NCBI GenBank assembly: GCA_947646585.1
Contig: CANSHD010000001.1
Location: 248,617-312,616, forward strand
Length of the DNA: 64,000 bases
From: an uncultured Alphaproteobacteria bacterium
GTDB lineage: Bacteria; Pseudomonadota; Alphaproteobacteria; Rs-D84
Direction of reading: 5' to 3'
The notes under the pieces are model-generated. The model had not been told where the DNA came from and did not search any database. It saw only the letters and a program-made list of their open reading frames with translations. This document shows, in pieces, positions 19,085 through 27,261 of this stretch; position 1 is the first letter of the stretch, and each line of letters starts with the position of its first letter. The position numbers were made by a program, and so were the translations under genes.

Positions 19085-20243
19085 ATCCTTAATCAAATGG
19101 GTTTGGCGTAAAAAGTGGTGGTTTTTGATTTTGGCTGTGGTAATTGTTGTCCCGATGCTGATATTCGGCGGCGGCAAATCCAAAAAATCCGAATATGTTA
19201 CATTGCAAATCGGGCGCGGTAACCTGCGCCAGGTTGTGACGGCCACCGGCGAGATTCAGCCTGTGAACACGGTCAGCGTCGGCTCCCAGGTGTCGGGAAC
19301 GATTGACGCGCTGTACGTCGATTATAATTCCAAGGTAAAAAAGGGCGACCTGTTGTTAACGATAGAGCCGTCGGTATTGCAAGCGTCCGTGGACGAGGCC
19401 AAGGCGTCCCTTGATTCCGCGATTTCCCAGCGTAATTATGCGCAAAACGAATATAAACGAAACAAGGAATTGTATGCGTCCGATTTTATTGCGCGCGCGG
19501 AACTGGAACAGTCGCAAACCACGTATGAACAGGCCGAGCAGTCTGTAAAACGCGCCCAGTCGCAATATGACCGCGCGGTGACGAATCTGGGCTATGCAAC
19601 GATTACGTCCCCGGTTGACGGGACCGTTATTTCGCGCAAGGTTGACAAGGGCCAGACGGTCGCGGCATCTTTCCAGACGCCCGATTTGTTTGAAATTGCC
19701 GAAGATTTGACGCGCATGCAGATTGAAACGTCCGTATCGGAGGCCGACATCGGCGTCATCAAAGAAGGCCAGGCGGTGACGTTCACCGTCGATGCGTATC
19801 CGACCCAGACGTTCGATGGCGTCGTGCGCCAGATTCGCCTGTCGCCGACAACAACGTCAAACGTTGTCGTTTATACGGTTGTAATCGACGTTGACAACAC
19901 GGATTTGCGCTTGATGCCGGGTATGACCGCGTTTGTGACGATTATCGTTTCTGAAAAGAACGACGTATGGAAAGTGCAGAACGCCGCCCTGCTTGTTCGT
20001 TCGTTCGACGGAATTATCGAGAATGCGGGCGATGCAACGCCGAAGACCCATCTGGCGATAAAGCGTGGCGAGGAAATCAGTCTGGTACCGTATGAAAAGG
20101 GGCTGGTAACCGCGACGGAAACGGAAATCATATCCGACGGCATTGCAGAGGGCGACCTTATCGTCGTCGGCAAGGTCGGCCAGGCGTCAAGCGCCAAATC
20201 CGGCAACAATCAGCAGCGTCGCGGCCCCGGCGGCCCAATGTAA
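19068..20243 (+). CDS. macA: HlyD/MacA-family periplasmic adaptor (membrane fusion protein)
   Basis: N-terminal TM, coiled coil, lipoyl/beta-barrel motifs (TGEIQPVNTVSVGSQVSGTI, ITSPVDGTVISRKV). Confidence 0.85.
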   Translation: MKSKIKSLIKWVWRKKWWFLILAVVIVVPMLIFGGGKSKKSEYVTLQIGRGNLRQVVTATGEIQPVNTVSVGSQVSGTIDALYVDYNSKVKKGDLLLTIEPSVLQASVDEAKASLDSAISQRNYAQNEYKRNKELYASDFIARAELEQSQTTYEQAEQSVKRAQSQYDRAVTNLGYATITSPVDGTVISRKVDKGQTVAASFQTPDLFEIAEDLTRMQIETSVSEADIGVIKEGQAVTFTVDAYPTQTFDGVVRQIRLSPTTTSNVVVYTVVIDVDNTDLRLMPGMTAFVTIIVSEKNDVWKVQNAALLVRSFDGIIENAGDATPKTHLAIKRGEEISLVPYEKGLVTATETEIISDGIAEGDLIVVGKVGQASSAKSGNNQQRRGPGGPM

Positions 20244-21022
20244 TGGGGGCGATAATGAAAAAGGCGCAGACGGCAAAAAAGCCGGAGACGATAATATCTC
20301 TAAAAGATATAACAAAAAAGTTCCCCTTGGAAATGGGGGGCGAGCAGCAGGTTCTGTTCGACATAACATTTGACGTTCATGCCGGCGAATTTGTTGCGGT
20401 CATGGGCCCGTCGGGCAGTGGCAAATCCACATGCATGAACATAATCGGCGCGCTGGACACGCCGTCGGGCGGCACGTATGAACTATACGGGCGGAATATT
20501 ACCGGCCTGTCGCCGGACGAACTGGCCGTGATTCGAAACGAATATATCGGATTTGTTTTTCAGCAGTTTAATCTGCTCTCAAAGCGCACGGTGCTGGACA
20601 ACGTTATGCTGCCGCTGATGTATCGCGGTCTGCCCATGTCCGAACGCGTGCGGCGTGCGCGCGAAATGCTGCGCCGCGTGGGGCTGGAAAAATTCGAAAG
20701 TTACCTGCCGACGCAGCTCTCGGGCGGTATGAAGCAGCGCGTGGCGATTGCGCGCGCGCTTGCGGGCGACCCGAAACTGATTCTGGCGGACGAACCGACC
20801 GGCGCGCTGGACAGTAAAATGGGGAACGAAATTCTGAAATTTTTAAAGGAACTGAACAAGACCCAGGGCATCACGATTGTAATGATAACCCACGAGTTTG
20901 AAATTGCGCGTTATGCAAACCGCCTTATCCATATTTACGACGGTCATATAACGTATGACGGACCGGTTCCGAATACAGAGGCGGCGCTGATAAAATCTGA
21001 ATCCAAAGGACGCAAGAAATGA
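20243..21022 (+). CDS. macB: MacB/LolD-type ABC transporter ATP-binding protein
   Basis: Walker A VMGPSGSGKST; signature LSGGMKQRVAIARAL; Walker B LILADEPTGALD; alternative start at 20255. Confidence 0.9.
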   Translation: MGAIMKKAQTAKKPETIISLKDITKKFPLEMGGEQQVLFDITFDVHAGEFVAVMGPSGSGKSTCMNIIGALDTPSGGTYELYGRNITGLSPDELAVIRNEYIGFVFQQFNLLSKRTVLDNVMLPLMYRGLPMSERVRRAREMLRRVGLEKFESYLPTQLSGGMKQRVAIARALAGDPKLILADEPTGALDSKMGNEILKFLKELNKTQGITIVMITHEFEIARYANRLIHIYDGHITYDGPVPNTEAALIKSESKGRKK

Positions 21023-22236
21023 CCTTTAACGATATTTTCAAGGAATCATGGCTGTCGGTGTCCGGGAACAAAATGCGCTCGTTTTTGACGGTTCTGGGTA
21101 TTGTTATCGGTGTTATGGCGGTGGTTATAATGGTTGCCGTCGGCGAAACGGTCGAGCGCCAGATTACGGACCAGTTTTCGGCACTGGGCACCAATACGAT
21201 TATGATTCGCGCCGGCGCGGCCCAGACGGGCGGTGTTCGCACCGGAAACCGCCAGACGTTGACGATTGACGACGCGGAATATATCGGCCGCCTGCCCGAC
21301 GTTATGGCGGTGTCGCCGGTGCAAAGCAGCGGCGCTCAGATAGTATACGGAAACAAAAACTGGTCATCGGTTATGTACGGCGTATACCCCGATTATACGA
21401 CTGTTCAAAACATTGAAATGGACAAGGGTACGTTTTTTGACCAGGCGGCTGTTCGTAATGCGTCCACATACGCGGTAATCGGCCCCACGACGGCAAAAGA
21501 GCTGGACTTGCCCGCTGACCCCGTGGGCCAGGTAATCCGCGTCCAGAATGTTCCTTTTGTTATTATTGGCATGACCAAGGAAAAGGGCGATTCCGGAATG
21601 GGGTCCCAGGACGATATGTTGCTTGTACCGATTACCACGCTGAAAAAGCGCGTCCAGGGCAGTCGATTCCCCAACGCGGTCAGTACGATTGGCATGAAAC
21701 TGTACCCCGATGCGGACAACACCGTTGTCACGAATCAGATAACCGCCCTGTTGCGCGACCGTCATAAATTAAAGGACGACGCGGCCGACGACTTTCAAAT
21801 CATGGATATGAAACAGGTGATGGAGACGATGAGCACCGTCACCGGATACATGAAAATGCTGTTGATTGCGATTGCGGCGGTCTCGTTGCTGGTGGGCTCC
21901 ATCGGCATTATGAACATGATGCTGGTGTCCGTTGCGGAACGTACGCGTGAAATCGGCGTGCGCAAGGCCATCGGCGCGCGCGAGCGTCAGATAATCATTC
22001 AGTTCCTGTCCGAATCGATATTTATATCGTTTATCGGCTCTATGGCGGGATTGTTGCTGGGTGTCGGCCTGTCCCAGGGTGTGGGGCGCTTTATCATGGG
22101 CTATAACGTGCCGTTTTCGGCCTGGCCGGTTGTGCTATCGGTATCGGTTGCGGTAATTGTTGGCCTGGCGTCCGGTGTTATGCCTGCATTAAAGGCGGCA
22201 AAGCTGAACCCGATTGACAGTCTGCGCTATGAATAA
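21019..22236 (+). CDS. MacB/FtsX-type ABC transporter permease
   Basis: N-terminal TM + large periplasmic domain + C-terminal FtsX-like 3-TM bundle (..RKAIGARERQII..). Confidence 0.88.
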   Translation: MTFNDIFKESWLSVSGNKMRSFLTVLGIVIGVMAVVIMVAVGETVERQITDQFSALGTNTIMIRAGAAQTGGVRTGNRQTLTIDDAEYIGRLPDVMAVSPVQSSGAQIVYGNKNWSSVMYGVYPDYTTVQNIEMDKGTFFDQAAVRNASTYAVIGPTTAKELDLPADPVGQVIRVQNVPFVIIGMTKEKGDSGMGSQDDMLLVPITTLKKRVQGSRFPNAVSTIGMKLYPDADNTVVTNQITALLRDRHKLKDDAADDFQIMDMKQVMETMSTVTGYMKMLLIAIAAVSLLVGSIGIMNMMLVSVAERTREIGVRKAIGARERQIIIQFLSESIFISFIGSMAGLLLGVGLSQGVGRFIMGYNVPFSAWPVVLSVSVAVIVGLASGVMPALKAAKLNPIDSLRYE

Positions 22237-22268
22237 AAAACGGCGGATATTCCGCCGTTTTTATTTTA
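22237..22268. terminator. bidirectional terminator (macB permease / Cys-rich gene)
   Basis: aaaaaacggcggatattccgccgtttttatttt. Confidence 0.8.
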
Positions 22269-22773
22269 CATAATGACATTTGTCGGTGTATGTAAATCTG
22301 CCCCCGGCGTCTGTCCCGGTTGTCCCCGCCGGCAGATAGCATTCCGTTATTGATGCCGCGCCGGTTGAATCCGTCGTGCCGGCAACGCCGCCGGATCTCG
22401 GGCACGCGGTGCATGATGCGGCCGCGGCGGCATTGTTATATCTCCCCTGGGCGCATGGCTTGCATGACGTCAATGTGTTGTCCGCCGCCGAATAGTACCC
22501 CGCCCCGCACGCATTGCACGTGCATGTGGATGTATTGCCGCTGGATTTGTATCCGGCATTGCATTTGCATCGATATGATGTTGTCGCGGTCGGACAGCAG
22601 AGTGTCGTGGTGTTGATGCCGTCGCATTTGGGGCAGTGTTTTGATTGGCGCACGCCGTTGCTGATTGGGCTCCACATATCCATCCAGTCGTTGTTAAGTG
22701 CCGCCAATGCCGGGCATGCGTTCGGCCACGCCGCCGCGCCGATACATATGCATGTGATGATTGATTTTCTCAT
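22261..22773 (-). CDS. secreted cysteine-rich repeat protein (ephrin-receptor-like / GCC2_GCC3-like CxxCxxGxY...CxxCP units); paralog of 47228-47835
   Basis: signal peptide; ~20 Cys; C-terminal block CTACPRSGG..ITECYLPAGT..FTYTDKCHYVK aligns with CTRCPSSGG..ITSCYIPSGT..TYTGDCYYKN of 47557 ORF. Confidence 0.6.
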   Translation of the reverse strand: MRKSIITCICIGAAAWPNACPALAALNNDWMDMWSPISNGVRQSKHCPKCDGINTTTLCCPTATTSYRCKCNAGYKSSGNTSTCTCNACGAGYYSAADNTLTSCKPCAQGRYNNAAAAASCTACPRSGGVAGTTDSTGAASITECYLPAGTTGTDAGGRFTYTDKCHYVK

Positions 22774-22796
22774 GATTTCAATTCCCTTTTGTTTTT

Positions 22797-22827
22797 GTTA
22801 AACAAAAACCGCCGTTGGAATTGGCGG
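22797..22827 (-). terminator. hairpin + U-run in the 5' leader of the Cys-rich gene (attenuator-like)
   Basis: minus-strand ccgccaattccaacggcgg followed by tttttgttt; ~20 nt upstream of SD/ATG. Confidence 0.4.
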
Positions 22828-23111
22828 TCGGGGATTGAAAAAATCATATATAGAAATGACCCTGCGATTTTCGGGCGTGCCCTGTTGTATAATCGCAGAC
22901 CCCCGACCGGTTTGGTCGGGTTGCAAAAAACAGCGGTGCCAATGCACCGACGTTTTTAGTCGGATTTACAATGCAAACATGTGTTCGCACCGTCTCTATA
23001 AAGGATTTTTCAAGTCCCGAAGCCACATCCGTTGTGTCTTCGAACAAATTGTTGCAAACACGACACCTTTTTACAAGAAAAAACATTTGTGTATTGACAA
23101 AAAGATATTAT

Positions 23112-23140
23112 GTGCTACCTTTTTGATAAAAAGGTAGCAC
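23112..23140 (+). promoter_or_regulatory. near-perfect 13-bp-arm palindrome abutting the radical-SAM start codon
   Basis: gtgctaccttttt-gat-aaaaaggtagcac ends 1 nt before ATG 23141; candidate operator or RBS-sequestering hairpin. Confidence 0.5.
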
Positions 23141-24133
23141 ATGAATTTTATGCCGATTTATCAAAAATATTTGGCGTGGCGCGACCGCCATTTCCCCATG
23201 GGGAACATACTGCGTCATACGCAGTATGTATTGGTGTTCAAAACAACAAATTATTGTTGGTACCGGTGCCCGCATTGCTGTGAATGTTCGGGGCCGAATA
23301 ATCCGCGGACATTTATTCCGGTCCGTACCATATGCTCTTATTTGGACCAGGCGCATGCCGACCCGTCATTTTCAAACAACGTTGTGTTTACAGGCGGGGA
23401 AATCATGTCGGCATACCGCTTTGGGCCGGCCGATTACGTGCCGACATTATTGAATCACAGTCTGGATTTGGGCATCGGTACGGATATAAAGACCAATGCC
23501 GCATGGGTGCGCGCCGGATTTGGCGAGGGGATATTTCAGGATTTGCATCACGTAATATCGTCACATAAACCGTATTCGTTGCAGATATCGCTGTCGCTGG
23601 ACAGGTATCATAAAAATGCGTTGGAAAACAACGCCGCGGTGATATCGCGCCTGGCCAAAATGCCAAACACAAACGCCATCGTCCATGTATCCGGATTTAA
23701 TAACCATGTTGACATGTTTCCGGCATTGTTGGAGCGGATTAAAGCAAACGGTCTGAAAATAGATGAGGTTTTATGCGGCTCTGCTGGAAAAATTTTACCG
23801 CGTGTCGGCGGCCGGATTTTGTTGCAGTATTCAAAGGGAACGCTGTTTGACGGCGGGCGTGCGCGCGACATGGAATGGGCGCATCATTCGGAATTTCCGC
23901 AGTTTCAGTTTTTAACCGCCGACGGCATGTCTTTGATTGCGTTTGACAGCGCGGGTCGTGTAACGCTTGGCGAAAATTCAGGCCGCAAAATATCGACATC
24001 TTTTTTGATGCGTAAGAATTTTAATGTATATCTGAAAAATTTGTATCATATTCGCGCCGATTTGGTTAAGGCCACATGGCGCGAGGAGACGCGCGCCCGC
24101 CTGCTGGATGGCTGGCGTTTTAACGAGCGATAA
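23141..24133 (+). CDS. radical SAM domain protein of unknown function (no SPASM/twitch Cys cluster)
   Basis: CxxxCxxC at TTNYCWYRCPHCC; glycine-rich SAM motif VVFTGGE; IKTNA motif; 330 aa. Confidence 0.7.
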   Translation: MNFMPIYQKYLAWRDRHFPMGNILRHTQYVLVFKTTNYCWYRCPHCCECSGPNNPRTFIPVRTICSYLDQAHADPSFSNNVVFTGGEIMSAYRFGPADYVPTLLNHSLDLGIGTDIKTNAAWVRAGFGEGIFQDLHHVISSHKPYSLQISLSLDRYHKNALENNAAVISRLAKMPNTNAIVHVSGFNNHVDMFPALLERIKANGLKIDEVLCGSAGKILPRVGGRILLQYSKGTLFDGGRARDMEWAHHSEFPQFQFLTADGMSLIAFDSAGRVTLGENSGRKISTSFLMRKNFNVYLKNLYHIRADLVKATWREETRARLLDGWRFNER

Positions 24134-24160
24134 AAAACGCCCATTTGGGCGTTTTTTATT
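24133..24160. terminator. bidirectional terminator (radical SAM gene / infC)
   Basis: taaaaaacgcccatttgggcgttttttattt. Confidence 0.8.
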
Positions 24161-24710
24161 TGGCTTTTACCGGCGCGACAATAATTGATTTTGTGCGCTC
24201 GTCCGGTTTCGACTTGCTTTCCAGCGTACCGCGCTCGCCGACCAGTTCCATGATTCGCGCAAACAGTTCCGGTACCGCGTCCTTGCCGCGCGCCAGCACT
24301 TTTTTAGAGCCGCGCGTCATAACCGCAATCTTTACCTTGTTCCCGCCGTCCAGGAATTCGAAAACCTTTTTCATTTTGATGTTCAAATCGTTTTCTTCAA
24401 TAAAAGGCTTTACCCATACTTCCTTCATTTCGACCATTTTCTGGTTCTTGCGTGCCTCGTTCGCGCGCTTTTTCTGGTCGTATTTGAATTTGCCGTAATC
24501 CATGATTTTTACAATCGGCGGGGTATTGTTGGCATTGATTTCAACCAGGTCCAATCCGGCGTCGCCCGCCATGGCCAATGCCTGGGCCGTCGGCATAATG
24601 CCAAGATTTTGGCCTGTTTCACTAATTACCTGAACTGATTTTGCAAAAATCCGATTATTCATACGCGGGCCCATATCGCGGCGCGCATCACGGTTAAATG
24701 GTGGTCTAAT
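24156..24710 (-). CDS. infC: translation initiation factor IF-3, predicted AUU start codon
   Basis: ..VEINANNTPPIVKIMDYGKFKYDQKK.. ; N-terminal extension IRPPFNRDARRD.. in-frame from ATT at 24708-24710 with GGAG 6 nt upstream. Confidence 0.88.
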   Translation of the reverse strand: MRPPFNRDARRDMGPRMNNRIFAKSVQVISETGQNLGIMPTAQALAMAGDAGLDLVEINANNTPPIVKIMDYGKFKYDQKKRANEARKNQKMVEMKEVWVKPFIEENDLNIKMKKVFEFLDGGNKVKIAVMTRGSKKVLARGKDAVPELFARIMELVGERGTLESKSKPDERTKSIIVAPVKAK

Positions 24711-24753
24711 GGTATGCTCCTTTTATTGATACGTTTGAAATTATTATTTATTT

Positions 24754-25557
24754 TTAGGCGTTTTTCAACATATTTTGAACGGCCTGTAATGCGTTCCACG
24801 CGTCGCGCTTTGCCGCCGGTTTCAGCAGCAGGTAATTCGGATGAAATATCGGCATAACCGTGCGTCCCGCGATTTCCGTGGCGACGCCGTGGCTTTTTGC
24901 CAAATCCGCATGCGCGATTTCCGTCGCGGCCAGTGTTCCCATCGTGATAATGACGCGCGGCGCCAACAAATCCACCATATGGTCGACAAACGGCCGGCAC
25001 AAATCCAGTTCGCCCCGCGACGGCGCGCGGCCGCCCGGCGTGCGCCAGAACAGCACGGGCATAATTGACACGTTTTCGCGCGACATTCCGATTGCGCCGA
25101 TCATCTTGTCCAACAGTTCCCCCGCCCCGCCGGTCAGGATTTTTCCCGCCATATCGTCATCTGCGCCCGGAATGTCGGTTATAATCAGCAGTCCGTTCGG
25201 ATTTTTCGCCACATGTGGCAAAACGGTGTTGTGCGCCGTCGCGCGCAGCGGATGGTTGAATTCCGATATCATGCGCAGCATTGCGTCCGTATCGGTCGGG
25301 CGCGCCGCGGCCGCCGCGGCCGTTTCAACGGATATCGGCGCGATACGCGGCACGACAACGGGCCCCGATGAATATACGGGGGTGCGGGCGCTGTCTGGAA
25401 TCTGAATGTCATCGGCGGCGGTTTTTGGCGCGGCCGGCGCGATTTTTGCCGCCTCTCGCTCTGCGGCGGCCAATGCCACGGCGGCCGCCGTGGGCAATTC
25501 GGTAATTTCCCACTGAACCCCCGCCAGACTTAAATCACGCAGTGCATCGTTGTACAT
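24754..25557 (-). CDS. uracil-DNA glycosylase, family 4 type, with Ala/Pro-rich N-terminal extension
   Basis: LLIITDIPGADDDMAG..GGAGELLDKM..CRPFVDHMVDLLAPRVIITMG..HPNYLLLKP match UDG family-4 motifs. Confidence 0.72.
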   Translation of the reverse strand: MYNDALRDLSLAGVQWEITELPTAAAVALAAAEREAAKIAPAAPKTAADDIQIPDSARTPVYSSGPVVVPRIAPISVETAAAAAARPTDTDAMLRMISEFNHPLRATAHNTVLPHVAKNPNGLLIITDIPGADDDMAGKILTGGAGELLDKMIGAIGMSRENVSIMPVLFWRTPGGRAPSRGELDLCRPFVDHMVDLLAPRVIITMGTLAATEIAHADLAKSHGVATEIAGRTVMPIFHPNYLLLKPAAKRDAWNALQAVQNMLKNA

Positions 25558-25632
25558 GTGTTTTTCCTTGATTTTTCGAATGTTTTATTATAGACTAGAC
25601 CACGAGCAACAGAAACTCAAGGGAGTATTTTC

Positions 25633-26052
25633 ATGAAAATTAAAAACTTTGCTATGCTGGCGGGCGTTGCAGGCTTGTTGGCTGCTTGCGGTGGTTCTTC
25701 CAAAATCACAGAACCGGCCGATTTGAATGACCAGCGCGTATTCTTCGCGTTCAATTCCTCGGAAATTTCCGAAGATGCGAAAAACAACCTGCTGGGCCAG
25801 GCTCTGTACATGAAGAATCACGAAGATGTTAAGATTCAGATTGCCGGTAACTGCGACGAACGCGGTTCCACAGACTACAACTTGGCTTTGGGCGCACGTC
25901 GTGCCAACGCGGCCAAGGAAGTCATCGTAAAAGACGGCATTGACGCAAAACGTATTTCCACGATTTCCTATGGCAAGGAACGTCCGTTGGTTCAGGGCAG
26001 CGGCGAATCCGTATGGAAATGGAACCGTAATGCAACAACAACTGTTAAATAA
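25633..26052 (+). CDS. pal: peptidoglycan-associated lipoprotein (OmpA-family)
   Basis: lipobox LLAACG; OmpA-like domain NCDERGSTDYNLALGARRANAAKEVI. Confidence 0.85.
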   Translation: MKIKNFAMLAGVAGLLAACGGSSKITEPADLNDQRVFFAFNSSEISEDAKNNLLGQALYMKNHEDVKIQIAGNCDERGSTDYNLALGARRANAAKEVIVKDGIDAKRISTISYGKERPLVQGSGESVWKWNRNATTTVK

Positions 26053-26082
26053 TAACAGTCTGTTGAGTTATAGTGATTGTTT

Positions 26083-26112
26083 GAAAACACCGGCGATTGC
26101 CGGTGTTTTTTC
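26083..26112 (+). terminator. rho-independent terminator after pal
   Basis: aaacaccggcgattgccggtgtttttt. Confidence 0.8.
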
Positions 26113-26126
26113 ATTCCGGTATTAAA

Positions 26127-26210
26127 CTGGATTGCCACGGTCGTTTCACTCCCTCGCAATGACAGCGAGCCTGGAACGATTGTCATTGCGAACGAAGTGA
26201 AGCAATCCAG
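26127..26210. repeat. MITE/REP-like nested palindromic element, copy A
   Basis: outer IR ctggattgc/gcaatccag; inner IR ctcgcaatgacag/ttgtcattgcga. Confidence 0.8.
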
Positions 26211-26237
26211 TAAATGATGAACATCGCCGCTTTATTC

Positions 26238-26341
26238 GGAATTGCCGCGTCGGCGTAATCGCCTCCTCGCAATGACAGTGGCGGGTAATGTTGCAATTTA
26301 TCTCCATTGTCATTGCGAGCCCCAACGGGGCGTGGCAATCC
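26238..26341. repeat. MITE/REP-like nested palindromic element, copy B (tandem to A)
   Basis: ggaattgcc..cctcgcaatgacag..ttgtcattgcgag..ggcaatcc. Confidence 0.8.
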
Positions 26342-26343
26342 AT

Positions 26344-26376
26344 AAAAAAGACCGGCATTTGCCGGCCTTTTTTATG
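26344..26376. terminator. bidirectional terminator downstream of parB
   Basis: aaaaaagaccggcatttgccggccttttttatg. Confidence 0.7.
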
Positions 26377-26379
26377 TTT

Positions 26380-27258
26380 TTATTTGCAGATTTTATCGAC
26401 GATTTCCTGCATTTGGGTGCGTGTTGAAAACGACAGCACAATCTGCCCCGCCCCGCCGCGTCGTTCGGTTATTTTCGCCGCCGTGCCCAGGGCGGATTTT
26501 ATGCGCGCCTCTATATCGCGGCGCATGTCCGCATCCATATTGTTTGATGAAAAAGCCCGGCTTTTCCCGGCGCGCGGCCCCTGCTTTACCATTGTGGCAA
26601 TCTGTGCCACCGGTATCTTTTCGTTCACGATTTTATGGGCCAGTTCTTCCTGATTCTCGGCCACGGCAATAGTACGCGCCGCCGACGCGGACAGTTCGCC
26701 CCGCTCCACCATCGCCTTTACGGAATCGGCCAGGTTTGTTAAACGCATTATGTTTCGGATATAGCTTTCCGATTTCCCAATCAGGCGCACGACGTCGGCC
26801 AAATCGTATCCGCATTTTTCCATTAAGTTCTGGTATGCGGCGGCCTCTTCCATCGGGTTTAAATTTTCACGCTGAACATTTTCAATCAATGCGATTTCCA
26901 TCGCGTTTTCATCGTTCAGTGTTTTTACCAACGCCGGAATTTCGGTCAGCCCCGCCAGCTTGCTGGCGCGATAGCGGCGCTCGCCCGCGACGATTTCGTA
27001 CATATGCGCACGTCCCGAAACGGCGCGCAATAAAATCGGCTGTAATACGCCCTTTTCCTTGATTGACGCGGCCAGCTCCTGTAACTCCGCATCGGTAAAT
27101 GTTTTACGCGGCTGGTCCGGGTTCGCACCGATTTGTGCCAACGGGATTTGTTTTACCACAACACGTTCGGCCCCGGTTAATATGGAAAAGTCCGGAACTT
27201 GTCCACGTTCTGATTGTAATTCGGCCCATCCTTTGCCAAGTCCAAATTTTGAAGACAT
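26380..27258 (-). CDS. parB: chromosome partitioning protein ParB
   Basis: ParB box IVAGERRYRASKLAG..IPALVKTLNDENAMEIALIENVQREN; 292 aa. Confidence 0.92.
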   Translation of the reverse strand: MSSKFGLGKGWAELQSERGQVPDFSILTGAERVVVKQIPLAQIGANPDQPRKTFTDAELQELAASIKEKGVLQPILLRAVSGRAHMYEIVAGERRYRASKLAGLTEIPALVKTLNDENAMEIALIENVQRENLNPMEEAAAYQNLMEKCGYDLADVVRLIGKSESYIRNIMRLTNLADSVKAMVERGELSASAARTIAVAENQEELAHKIVNEKIPVAQIATMVKQGPRAGKSRAFSSNNMDADMRRDIEARIKSALGTAAKITERRGGAGQIVLSFSTRTQMQEIVDKICK

Positions 27259-27261
27259 GCC

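Noticed and set aside
20243-20255. Alternative macB ATPase start at 20255 (MKKAQT) versus 20243 (TAATG overlap with macA)
   Set aside because: Cannot be resolved from sequence alone; reported the longer coupled form and noted the alternative
22835-23137. 100-aa plus-strand ORF filling the Cys-rich/radical-SAM intergenic region
   Set aside because: No SD, starts inside stacked hairpins and palindromes, and has odd composition; region is better explained as structured regulatory DNA/RNA
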